In this document: positions 25,655-37,131 of the stretch, piece after piece | How the letters are laid out: every line of letters begins with the position of its first letter | How positions within the stretch are numbered: the stretch's first letter is position 1 | Assembly (NCBI GenBank): GCA_040285855.1 | Contig: JAUFOQ010000013.1 | Location: 1,922,001 to 1,986,000 of the forward strand | DNA from: Eukaryota sp. GEM-RC1 | Taxonomy: Eukaryota | Direction: 5' to 3' | DNA: 64,000 nt | Notes under the pieces: generated by a model | Databases searched by the model: none | What the model was told of the DNA's origin: nothing | What the model saw: the letters and a program-made list of their open reading frames with translations, nothing else | Position numbers and translations under genes: made by a program

Positions 25655-27746
25655 CTACAGTATTCAGTGTAATTAGTCTGGACCAGACTAAATACTACGT
25701 GTAGTGTGATATTTACAGCTCAAAACTTTAATTAGTCTGGACCAGACTAATTTAAGTCCAGACTATTAATTATAAAAAAAGATTTAATCTGGACCAGACT
25801 ATATTAAGTGAAAAGAATTAATCTGGATCAACTTTTTACAACTTGTAGTATCAGAAACACTATTAAACATACAACTATATCTACCTTAAACCCAATCACT
25901 GTCAGAAACAGTGTCTGGCAACCTTCCTTCAAATTCTTCTGGATACTTGGCTATGATTGCTTGCAGCTGTGGTTTCAACTGTCTCGTTTCCCATAATCCG
26001 TTTGTGTTTAACGACAATCCACAAAGAATCATTGCTTTACGAGCATACGTTAATCCGTTATCATCTCTTTGGTCGTTTACTTCTCTCAAAGTCTCTTCTG
26101 CCAATTCCAAAAAGTAGTGCTTTTTTGGATTCTGTAACTTTCCACTTGTTGCCCATAGTCCACTTTCTATCATGTCTTTTCTTTTTCTTGTTCCATTTCC
26201 TGAGCCAAACTGTTTTTAGTTTTTGATTGACAAAACTGTCCGCAAATTGGACTAGATGAGTTGCATTTTTTTTGGAGGTATACGAGTTTCGCTTTCAAAG
26301 AGTTAAGTGCTTCATTTACTTCAGTGTTCTTCATATGACATAGAGCGTTGTCACAAAAAATGATTTTCGGTTATAACGATCTCGCTTGTAGACCTTACGA
26401 TTCGAAAAGTACTGTGATAGCAACTTTCTTGTTATCCATTTCTTCTTTGATGAACGGTATCCAACTAAAGGCATATCATCAACAACATCACGAATTGGAT
26501 ACGACGAACTCGCCTACTGAAGAATAATAAAGATTGGTGCCAACTTACCTTGAGCTCCTCCTGTTAACCTGACGACCATAGTAAATCCCACCGTACCAGA
26601 TACAACATATACATACTTAATTTCTTTCTGACCTCTTTGAGCTAAAGTATACCCAGAGTCGACATTCAAAATGAAATGTGTTTCATCAAAATTTTCCGCC
26701 AGGTCTTCGTTTAAGTCCCCACTGTCAAATAAGCGTTTGAGTTTCCCCAAGTGAAAGGCAACTTCACGCTCAATTTCTGCTGTTTTACTAGGAGAGATAC
26801 TCAATTTGCTAGTCTGCTTTCGAATTACTAAACTGAAGTAAACTGTAAATGTTTGTATCCACGATGTTGTAATCTTTTCAACGATTGGTTGCTGCTTCTT
26901 ATCTCTTGGACAAACGTAGGTTGCAATGAAAATAGGATGATCAGAGAGGTAGTTTAGGTGTTGAGCCATTTCCAATAATAAAGAGTTCGAAACATTCAGT
27001 CCAGCTCGAGTCAAACGCCGAAATTCGTCAAAAGGATATCGTAGAGCCACACAACCCCATCGGACCTTTGTCTCCCTCTTCCATTGAAACTTTTTCGACG
27101 GATAGTTCTTTTAACACCATCTTGTAGTGACGAAACACTTTTGGTCAGTTCTGAATACTTAAGACAGAAAGTGTCTCTGGTCTTCCACCAGTTGGATGTC
27201 TTTTCTACATTAGCTTTGTAACTTGTAGCGCCAAAGTATTGCGGAAATTTGCGTGCTGTGGACGCAAACAGTCCTGTTTCTGTATCATGTTCCTGAACAA
27301 AAGTTTCCATCCAGTCCAGTACCTTCTTTCTATCAGCAAGTGTAGCTACGTTTTGACAGCGGCGCTGGCGACGTCTTTCAGGTTCATTTTCGGGAGAGAG
27401 TTGCTGGTCGATAGGGATTTCAGGAAGTTCATTGTCTGATGAGTCTTGTACAAGGAAGACACGAGGTGCTTGAAACTCTCTTGCATTTGCGATAGATTGC
27501 AAAATTGGAGAACCATACAGTGGGTGAAGAAATTGATTGAAATCACAACCAGCTACTGAAGAGTGTAGTACTTATATGTGTAATATCTTTGTTGTGTAGT
27601 ATGTTAAACAATTTATTGTGCTATCCAGATTAATTGTTGTAAAAGACCCATCTTTTGAAAGAGACTTAAATATGAATTAGTCTGGTCCAGACTACTTTAA
27701 GTCCAGACTAATTCTTTATCCAGACTAAATACACTGAATATTGTAG
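25655..27746 (-). mobile_element. Pogo-like (Tc1/mariner superfamily) transposon with a degraded DDE transposase
   Basis: TIR CTACA(G/A)TATTCAGTGT, TA flanks, subterminal TAGTCTGGACCAGACTA palindromes; SWIQ.F, NFDETHF and FCDNA..H motifs in ORFs 27011-27502, 26514-27050 and 25886-26173. Confidence 0.85.
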
Positions 27747-28004
27747 TATCTGTTCAGTTCTGACGAACAAATGTCATTCGTCACATCATATTACATGTAC
27801 ATGTCGTTTCCTTCTTGTCCCACTCGAGAACAGATGGCGAAAGCCTACTTTATTCCTATCTCCCGCGACACAATTCAATTTGAGTTGTGATGATGAAGAT
27901 ACTGCTGAACGGCCTGGACCTGTTTCCTCTGTTTAAAGTTGTCTAATGATACGTGAGAGTGTTGGTTACTGCAATCAAAACCTCATTCCACCAACATCAA
28001 ATGT

Positions 28005-28385
28005 CACCATGGCTATTTCGAAACGATTTGTCAACATCTGTATCATCAAACAAACCAGCCAGAACTGGTTCTAAAAAAAACTATTCCATAGGATTTACAC
28101 ATACAATATAATTGATCCCTTACTGAATCATGAACCTTACTTCTAAAAGAAATAAAACGGTTACAATTCAATAAATGTGTAGGTGTTACCGATTGCCCAC
28201 ATTGGCATTTCAAATTATGTGGAAGGTTATCAGGCCAAATATATGACCGTAAACGCATGTTTAATGACCAAGAGTTATCAAAGAAGAAGACCGTAAACTT
28301 GAGGGATTTGAGTAATCAGACATGAAGCAGAGCTATTAGAAACATCCATTAAGAAATTTGCAAAAGCGGGATTTTTTTCGAACAT
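28005..28385 (-). mobile_element. CRE-like fragment (family 3 CCHC region) inside the hAT derivative
   Basis: MRLRSYIWP..CQCG...HLLNC...HDSVRD. Confidence 0.85.
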
Positions 28386-28441
28386 TAAATCAATTCTTTT
28401 TGGCCATGCAATATATTGCAATATATTTTTGACAGTCCCTG

Positions 28442-28810
28442 CTCAACATGTCTAGTATGTTTGAGAGCAGTCATGGAAACATCGTATTTGCTTCTCTTGT
28501 ATTGTTCTGAAAAACTAAGATGAGACACTTCATTTTCAGCATCCTTAAACAGCACTTTCTTTGCAAACATCCACCGACAAACGTTAGTACATCATTGACT
28601 GATGGAACGATGACATCTGTTCTTGTGTTTACGAAAAGTCTTATCAGAATCGTGTATTGGATGATTTACATCTCAATGATTTCAACAATGACTCATCAAA
28701 ATATTCAATTTTGTGTGATTTGCAAATTAGACATGGCGTGAATTTGATCTCTTGCAACATCATGAATGCCAGTGTGATATGTAATGATATAGTTACAACT
28801 CAAACCAAAA
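28442..28810 (-). mobile_element. Degraded CRE-like RLE fragment (family 4); continues at 25300-25385 across the hAT insertion
   Basis: HDVARDQI, ALKHTRHVE, then YNLF..ISIYG after the TSD; similar to 53916-54622. Confidence 0.75.
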
Positions 28811-30288
28811 ACAAAAATAATTATTGTCTGTAAGCCCTCCAGTCTTAAAGTTAAATATTGATGAATGAAAACAAGACTTTTTGGGACGAAGCTACTGTAA
28901 GAGGTAAGACATATCATGAGCAGTAAAAATTCCAAAGATGTAGATGATGGTTTTGAGACTATTCGGATGTTTCTTCTGATGATGGGCAGGAAAATATGGT
29001 TTTTGTTGAAATAAATACATAATATACTTCTTGTAGGAAGGTTACCTTATTGGGTGCCGAATAAACATCTTGTAATAATATACTTCAGATCAGGGTTGCC
29101 GACATTACAATCTATAATGTACGTTTTCAAAATTGCAATAAATATACTGATATTGTTACCCCTTACAATACATATATTGCAATGTATTGCAATATTTGCA
29201 ACACTCTACAGAGATAATAAATTGAAGTACTGCAGGTTACTGTTTTGTGTTGTTTTTGTAGAGTTCCGCTCTTTCACGCAGTTGTGTCATTGCATCAAAC
29301 ATGTCGTTCACTCCGAAGATGTCTGTTGTTGTCCTTGAAGTAGTGCTATTAGGCAGTTGGTATTCATGAATTAAGTGTTGAAGCAAAATGGTATTTACGA
29401 CAATTTCCCACTACAAATTAAACAGAAGAAGTGAGTGTTGGGTTAAATAGGTCTAAGAGTAAATTCGGTCCCTTTATGAAGAGAGAGATTAATAAACAAA
29501 GTATGACTACAACGCAGAAACACCTCTTTAGACTGCGAATCATTATTCACTTGTGAAACAAGTGGAATATGAGGACAATGGCAAATGATGGATTTTGATG
29601 GTGTTCTTGTCTCAATGTTAGCCAAAGGCTTTAGATTAGCTACGAAACAAAGTTAGTTTTTTATCCATATTTGGCTTTAACAAGTGGCATCAATGTTGTT
29701 TGTTGTAATTGCAAAGATTGTTCGTGATGTGATTCTGTAAGTAAGTGAAGTGTGATAATTAGGGCTCCCGTTTCACCGGTATCACAAAATGCAACAAAGT
29801 ATTTTTCCAATGATAACTTTATTAATACTGAACCTGTTAACAACAACACTACAGTGTACATATGTTTATTATTCAATATCCTCAAAGTCCAAATTTCCTA
29901 ATTTCCTTTTGGAATTGTTCACCATCATTATCTTCATAATATCTTCCAAGACATAATAAAGCGTTAGGTATAGAAATTTCCATAAATTTAAATAACAGTG
30001 TTGTACCAAGACCGAAATAACTGCCATGCGTCCATAGGTGCATGGTGTTTTCTGGTTATGGCGTGTTATCACGCGTTGTTATTCAAACAATGACATTGAT
30101 ACAACATGTGGTATGATACATATATGATACTTATACTTGAGGAATATTAATTATTAAACCCGTTTAACAATATTAGTTAAAAAAACTGCTCATACTGTTT
30201 TCTGGCCATCTTTATATCATCTGTGGTCATTACTTGTAAGGAAGTTATGAAAACAGATTTGCAAACACATACTAAGAATACGTAACTA

Positions 30289-30446
30289 CACTGGTCACAA
30301 CAATTAGTCTCAGTGAGACTAATTCATAACCTAGTTTCCAAAAGGTCTATTCAATAATCTAACGAAGTTTGCCTCCAAAGGTCCAATATGAGACTAATTC
30401 AGAACTGAGACTAATTTTCAACTGAGAGTAAATATTGTGACCAGTG
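30289..30446. mobile_element. Tc1/mariner-type MITE, 158 bp
   Basis: TIR CACTGGTCACAA, TA on both flanks, internal GAGACTAATT repeats. Confidence 0.8.
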
Positions 30447-31315
30447 TAGATGTTCATTTACGTCACATGAACTAACTTCTTTAGATATTCACAATGTTAT
30501 CATAGCGCCATGCGTATGTTGGTGCCATGCGTCCGAAAGCCATGACCCATAGGCAATCGGCGCATGGCATTTGAAAATTCGGTTATGGTAAAACACAATT
30601 CGATTGTTCCAAAATCTAAGATCAAAAGTCCTAGAAAAACGCCTTTTATTTACTCTTACAAATACAAACTATCATCAATATTAACAAATGAGAGACCAAT
30701 ACCTCTATATCATCTCAAATTCATGTCTCAATGCAAAGAGACGGTTCAAAATTGAATCAAAATACCTAAACAATGCTTTGAAAAGGGAAAACGACAACCT
30801 TCCTCTCCAGTAACTTTCATTAAAATTCTTTCCATACTGCTTACACAATTTGCCAAAATCTGTGAGAAATTGTTGACCAAAGCAACCAAACTTACCATAT
30901 AGAGAAATAGCAAAAGGATTGAAAACAAAAGGATTGTGTCGGCGAGAATTCATCTTGGAAATTAATTCGTCATAACGATCTAATTTTTTCCTTTCAGCAG
31001 TTTCAAGAGCTGAATAGTTTTCGTCTAAAATTTTGTTAACGGAAGTTGAGTTACAAGGATCAACCATAGTAAAGTCCATAATTATTTCTTGAGAGGACAA
31101 CCAAGGACCAATCAAATCACCTCTACTCTTATCCCTCATGATTGAGTCAGACAAAGTATTTAAAACTGGTTCGATTTTCCCATGAAAACCATTGCTCTTT
31201 AACAATTCTAAACATTGATCACGTAAACTGTTGTGAATAATTGATCTTAAATGAATAAACTTATGACAGTTGACCACATGATGGAAAGAGGCTAAAGAAG
31301 AACCACACACACAAG

Positions 31316-33517
31316 CAGGGACTGTCAAAAATATATTGCAATATATTGCAGGGTCAAAAAATTTGCAATACAGTATTGCAATACTGCAATATATTGCAAT
31401 AATTGGAAGCAATATAAATATTGTTGAGTAAATTATTTATTGTACTAATTCCATCAATAACTCATAACATCATCACTAGGCATCATCCAAGTTGACTAGT
31501 TTCTGATTAACCATCTTGCGAACCAAACTAATGTCCCAAAACTCTCTGTTCACAGAAAGAAATAGTTGATTGGCCAGTCTTCGATCAGATAAGTTGTGTC
31601 GTGACAACCCTTGCGCCATTCGAGCTTTACTGAACAGTCGTTCTACAACATTTGAAGTTGCTGGGATGAACTTTAAATTGCAGTAACCTACTGTTTCACC
31701 TCTCATTCGAGTAAAGACATCTTGAACAGAGGAAACAGGTCCAGGTCGTTCGTCAATTTCTTCCTCTCCATCATCATCACTATCACTACTCACATTATTT
31801 ACGATTACTTCACCATCTAAAGATGACGACAATCGAGATTGACCAGCAAGTATTTCAATTTCATGTTCTTTCAAACACTTAACCATAATTTCTTCCTCAT
31901 CTGAAAGACTCAACCCTTCATTCTTCAAGATTTTCAGCACTGTTGATTCGAAGATGAATTGATTGGGTGGACATCGTGGAGCATCTACTGCGGGATACAC
32001 AAGCTGATTTTTCATCTCTTGATTTGCATTATATTGGCAAAATACGAGCATTGTTGATTTAAACAAATGCTCAGCATCCAATAAATTAGAATTCTCCTTT
32101 TGCAATTGAAGACTGACAAATTGTAATTCCTTCATATGATACATTAATTGAGTAATCCTCGTTTCTTCAGCGAAACTTGGAAGTAAATCAATCAGTTCAT
32201 CGTCTTCAACCTCATTGAGCATCTGACCGATGGGTAATTTAAGTTCTAAGAATCTTTTTAACATGTCATGAGTTGAATACCATCTAGTAACATTACGTTG
32301 CTTTGGAGCTAACTTTGTGTAATTACGGAAAATGGTAATTCGCTTCGGTTCTCTGAGAAGTTTCATCACACTGTTTACCCGATCCAATAAAGCATCCAAA
32401 GGCCGAATGAAGGCAGTCACAGCCAACTGAAATCTGTGTGAGGCACAACCTACGAATCCACAGTTTAGAAGTTTTGACAGTGCCTTCATTGTAGAACAAT
32501 TATCAGCGACAATAAATATAATATTTTTTCTTTCTTTGCTATATTCCAGAAGCAGTTCATCTACTATTCTGGCAATGTCTTCAGCTCCAAACAATACACT
32601 GTTAACTGATCGCCCTTCTTCTGCACTGAATGGTACAAATTTCAATAAAACAGGTTTTTCTAGTTGTTCACATGAACCAAAAATGCCCAAGAATTGTAGT
32701 TTTGAATTTGGGTGTTGCCAAGAGTCTATCACTAACCCAAAACAGGATCCAACTTTTACAGAGATTTCAGCCACTAATACGGCTTTCATGTTGTCAAAGC
32801 ATTGCATAAAAGTGTTGTACGCAATCGGTTTTAACTTTGTGTATTCAAGAGTACAGTCATTTTGAACAAATGAAAACGGCAAACCGTCAGTAATGACCCA
32901 GTCAAGCCAAGAGAAATATCTACGACACTTTTCGGATGTGTAAACTCTGTCTATGGGCAAGTTTTGCTCCTTTTGGCGAAGCAGGGTCCATGTTTCAATC
33001 ATGTAATCCGTGTGCTGCCCAGGAACGTGAGATGCGAGATTAGTCCAACCCGAGTTGGGCTGCTTTGTTCGCAGAACTCCGCAGACACATTTCCAAAGTT
33101 GTGCTGTTTCAGGATTTTTGATCTTAGAGTTTTGAAAGAATTCCACTGATTGAGTTGAGTCCCGGGAGATAGGAGTAAAGTAGGCTTTCGCCATCTGTTC
33201 TCGAGTGGGACGAGAAGGAAGAGCCATGTAAGATGATGTGACGAATGATATCAGATTTACATTTGTTTGTCAGATCTAGACAGATGCTACATTGTACTAG
33301 TAGTAAGGACTTCAAATTGTACAGCAACAAAAAAACCACTATACTGTGTTAAATTCCTTTCAAGTAACAGAGAAAAAATTGGTTTAAAAATATTGTTCAA
33401 AATTGAAATTATTGCAATATATTGCAATACAAAATGAGGCTGCAATACAGTATTGCAATACACAATACACAGTATTGCAATTATTGCAAAAGTGCAATAT
33501 ATTTTTGACAGTCCCTG
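31316..33517 (-). mobile_element. Autonomous-looking hAT transposon, 2202 bp
   Basis: Perfect 25-bp TIRs CAGGGACTGTCAAAAATATATTGCA; 8-bp TSD CACACAAG at 31308-31315 and 33518-33525. Confidence 0.97.
31476..33227 (-). CDS. hAT transposase, 583 aa, uninterrupted
   Basis: BED-like WKCVCG..NLASH, IDSW, ADN, GCASH, TRWYST and TSNVVERLFS motifs. Confidence 0.95.
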   Translation of the reverse strand: MALPSRPTREQMAKAYFTPISRDSTQSVEFFQNSKIKNPETAQLWKCVCGVLRTKQPNSGWTNLASHVPGQHTDYMIETWTLLRQKEQNLPIDRVYTSEKCRRYFSWLDWVITDGLPFSFVQNDCTLEYTKLKPIAYNTFMQCFDNMKAVLVAEISVKVGSCFGLVIDSWQHPNSKLQFLGIFGSCEQLEKPVLLKFVPFSAEEGRSVNSVLFGAEDIARIVDELLLEYSKERKNIIFIVADNCSTMKALSKLLNCGFVGCASHRFQLAVTAFIRPLDALLDRVNSVMKLLREPKRITIFRNYTKLAPKQRNVTRWYSTHDMLKRFLELKLPIGQMLNEVEDDELIDLLPSFAEETRITQLMYHMKELQFVSLQLQKENSNLLDAEHLFKSTMLVFCQYNANQEMKNQLVYPAVDAPRCPPNQFIFESTVLKILKNEGLSLSDEEEIMVKCLKEHEIEILAGQSRLSSSLDGEVIVNNVSSDSDDDGEEEIDERPGPVSSVQDVFTRMRGETVGYCNLKFIPATSNVVERLFSKARMAQGLSRHNLSDRRLANQLFLSVNREFWDISLVRKMVNQKLVNLDDA

Positions 33518-35185
33518 CACACAAGTAGACTTTTGCAGGAGACCAACAGGCCATAAACCCAACCTCAAACGAATGTTGATAAGCCATTCATGAGCTTTTA
33601 AGTTGAAACTATATCTTTGAGGATATCGAGTAATCAAAGTAGAAGCCTCATCACTAGAAATGTCTTTCAAAAAAGCAGGACTCTCGATTTTAGCCAAGCT
33701 GGTAAGGAGAACAAACTTCTCTGAGGGATCTCAGTAACAAATATGGGGAAAAGAGACGCCCATATATCAACATCAAGGTTCTCAATCTGATCTTGCAGAC
33801 TAGTTAACCATGAACACGGGGAAGATGAGAGAAAACGATGATCAAGCCAAATATCAGGATAACGGATACGAAACTCAAAAAAGAATTTCTTTAAACATCC
33901 TAAAAAAGCTCCTTCACGCAGATACTTTGCCTTTGAGAAACCTACACCCCCAAAACAAGTGGATGTAAAGCAGTGACCTGGCAACGAAGTGTCACCACAG
34001 TCTATCAATACACTCAAAAACTTGGTTCGGATCTTGTTAAAATCTCTCGAAAAATCACAAGTAACATTAGGAGGAAGGCCCCTTAGATAACGGGTGAATT
34101 TACCAGCAAAGCAAGCTTGTAAAACGGCAAAAGAAATCTGCTTTCCAACTCCCAGATCCAGAACTTTTTGAGTTTGTAATGAATTGATAAATTCTTTTCC
34201 GCTAAACGCCTCTTGATTTCCTCATCATTACCTATATAATTTCCCAAAAAACGAATACATTCCTTGGAATAATTAACGAATGGTATAGATGATTCACCAT
34301 GAAGAATTTTGACAGGAGTTCTTCCAATAACCAAACATTTCTGCAGATTGATTGACAATCCAATACCTTTCGATAAGGAAACGAAATGAGCAAAACTAGA
34401 TTTTAGACCATCCAATGGTCCTACTAATGATGTCATCAGCATACGAAGTTAACTTGATATTAGGAAATTTTAAAGAAAAAAGACGGAGAATTCTTTGTAA
34501 GGGAAGACAAAACAAGAAAGTGCCTGAAGGGTCACCCTGTTTAACACCACGAGAAGACGAAATAGTGTGTTCATTGAATAATAGAGAAGTATAAGAACTA
34601 TACATTAAATTAAAGTATGAAATCAGCTCAGGAAAATGAGCGACTTAATCCTTATAAATTTCAGAACGAAAAACACAATTAAAAGCATTCTTATAATCAA
34701 CATTAAGAACCAAGTTGTTGACATCACTGTTTAGGAAAAGATCCGTCATTAAACTGGCACAATTAGTACCATCAACGATACCAATACAATACTGAAAAGG
34801 TCTGAAGAACGACACAGCTTTGTCTTTAATTCTGTCGAAACACATAGTAGCAAAAAGACGGATGACAACTTCACCAACAGCAATAGGTCTAACACCACCA
34901 CCATTCTTGTTCAATGCAACCAAGCGGCTAGATTTTAGAGCATGAGGGCACTTAGCTGGACACTGACAAATTAGATTGTAAAAAACAGCTAAATCGTCAC
35001 AAATCTCAGTAGAATGTGAGATGGCTGCTTTTAAGTGATCAAAACTCAGCCCTGACGGACCTGCAGCTTTACCACCTTTAGCTTTTAAAATGGCATTTGA
35101 CACTTCATTCTTTGTGATAGGAGAATCTAACCAAAAATATGAAGTAGTCTTCTCAATAATAAAAGGAGGTTTAACTGGATGCAGC

Positions 35186-35392
35186 AACTCCAAAAAAAGT
35201 CCTAGATGTATTTTCTTTTACAATCTTCACAAAGATTTCAAGTAATGATGCCGCAGATTCATTTAAAGAACCGTACAGTGAAAATACAAAAGGGTACAAC
35301 AAGTAATTCGAGTGTGAAGCCGAATTCAATAATTTCAATTTAGCACAATATTTTTGCATTTTAAATTTTTCACCAATCAACCAAGGGTTTTT
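35186..35392 (-). mobile_element. CRE-like family 3 RLE fragment
   Basis: Near-identical to 7760-7960 (GEKFKMQKYCAKLK, YPFVFSLYG). Confidence 0.8.
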
Positions 35393-35409
35393 GAGGACAA
35401 ATACTATGT

Positions 35410-35895
35410 GCCCAGATTCGAAATTTCCCACGTGTTTTTTAAAAGACATCGTGTCGGTGTTAACACGCGTGTCCACACGGCGTCTTTGATGGGTGTTTTG
35501 GGTGTTTTTGGCTGGTTTTTTGAAAAAATGTTTCTGATGCATGTTGCGGAGATTGACTATATAAACAATGTTTTGGGCCAATTGTTGGCTTTATCTGACA
35601 TTTCATCACTGAATTTTGGATTCTGTGGTTCTGTTGAGTTGAATTGGTGTTCTAGGTTTGTTTGACAGCGCGTTATGTCAGTATTTTCGCCACTTTTTTC
35701 TGGCATTGTAGTCTACTGTGGTATAACATATAGAAAGCATTGAAGTCAACCAATGTCGAGGGAAATCAAAGGGTAATTTCGAAGTTTTCTAGGATTTTTG
35801 CAGACGAACAAGTACACACGTGGTGTTTTTTTGTGTGTTTTTGAAAAGACACCGTGTTCGTGTCCAAAGGTGTCCACGCGTGTCTTCGAACACTG
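35410..35895. mobile_element. MITE-like element; partial second copy at 53140-53352
   Basis: Shared GTATTTTCGCCACTTTTT..GGCATTGTAGTCTA block and the same terminus GTGTCTTC.AACACTG; left end degenerate. Confidence 0.6.
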
Positions 35896-35920
35896 CTACA
35901 GTATCATTCAAGACTACCTT

Positions 35921-36894
35921 CAGGGGTGTGAAAACAGTATTACAGTAAATATACACTTATTTTAGCCACAAAATAATTATTGCAATTCTGAAATAGTACC
36001 AATAAATATTGCAACAATATGAATCATATTTTGTATTTATTACAGAAAAAATCACTTAGTCTAATGTTCATCATCATCAGAAATAATCTCAATACCATTA
36101 TCTACATTCTCCGTTTTTTTACTGCTCATGATATGTCTAAAATAGCTTCATCATTATTTCCAAGACTCGAAGGCTCAAGAGAAAATCTGTGGCAATTGAT
36201 CACTCTCTTAACCTTACTGAACAGTCGTTCACATATGTTAGAGGTAGAAGGAATAAAGTATAAATCAATGTACTGAGACTCTTATTTTTCTTTGCTCTGA
36301 ATGCCAGATAGCTGCTGTTGTATCAAGGCGGCATACTTCTAGTTAACACTCGAACTGAGCTCAAATAACTGACATTATAACAATACAACAACTAGAAATG
36401 ATTACAGATAAAACAAGTCTCATTATATGTAAACACATAAAAAAAGACCTGGTTTTGAAAGTGCAAAACAACGAAATGAACGACTCGAAGTATTTTTAGA
36501 ATGGCTGAATGGAAAAACCCTATAGTGTTTTCCATATATCGGAATATGCCTTTCTATTTCTCTCGATTAATTGAGAAATTGTACAAGTTTGGTGTGAAGG
36601 TTAATGTTGAAAAACGTAATGTTTTACTAAGTGGCGATAAAGTCGTCTGGATTCAATCATAGCATCATTTGTTTGGTTTTACAAATTCAAAGGTTTGTAG
36701 GAAGGTTACTTTATTGGCTACTTTATTACTTTTTATTTTTTACCAAACAAAGATTTTCTTTATTGACAATATTGCACCATTGCAAAAATTAACCAGAGTA
36801 ACAGTAAAAAGGTAAATAAAAAATAAAAAATAAAAATTGCTCCACCTCAAACAGCGGAAATAAATACTGGAGCAATAATGTTTTCACACCCCTG
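35921..36894 (-). mobile_element. Non-autonomous hAT with a transposase remnant and an inserted CRE 3' end (36497-36720)
   Basis: TIR CAGGGGTGTGAAAACA; TSD ACTACCTT/ACTACCTA; minus-strand FIPSTSNICERLFSK near 36210-36270. Confidence 0.88.
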
Positions 36895-37131
36895 ACTACC
36901 TAACAAAATAAAGGAAATACTGCAAGATAAAGAATCCATAATCGGAACAAGAATAACAGTATTTGTGTGATATCAAAATGACACATCAGACGGTTTGTGA
37001 TATGTACATGTAATGTCATGGTGTGAAGTTGATATTGTGAACATTAACCTTCACACCAAATTTGTACAGTTTCTCAACTAATGGAGAGAAATAGAAAGCG
37101 ACAAATGGAAGACGTAAAAATCGGATGATGT

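Larger units (their letters stand above)
25386..28441 (+). mobile_element. Internally deleted hAT (family of 31316-33517) carrying nested elements
   Basis: TIR CAGGGACTGTCAAAAATATATTGCA; 8-bp TSD CTCAACAT at 25378-25385 and 28442-28449; fused 5' and 3' transposase remnants at 27810-28003. Confidence 0.92.
30705..35185 (-). mobile_element. CRE-clade-like non-LTR retrotransposon (RT, CCHC, RLE), 5'-truncated, frameshifted and split by a hAT
   Basis: KAAGPSG, RPIAVGE, DYKNAFN, GVKQGDP, YADD, RFLG, CVCG..HVVNC..H, RGDL..MDFT..AERKK motifs in order. Confidence 0.92.

Noticed and set aside
29091..29210. Another hAT or MITE starting CAGGGTTGCC with TATTGCAATA-like motifs
   Set aside because: No matching opposite end or TSD could be found
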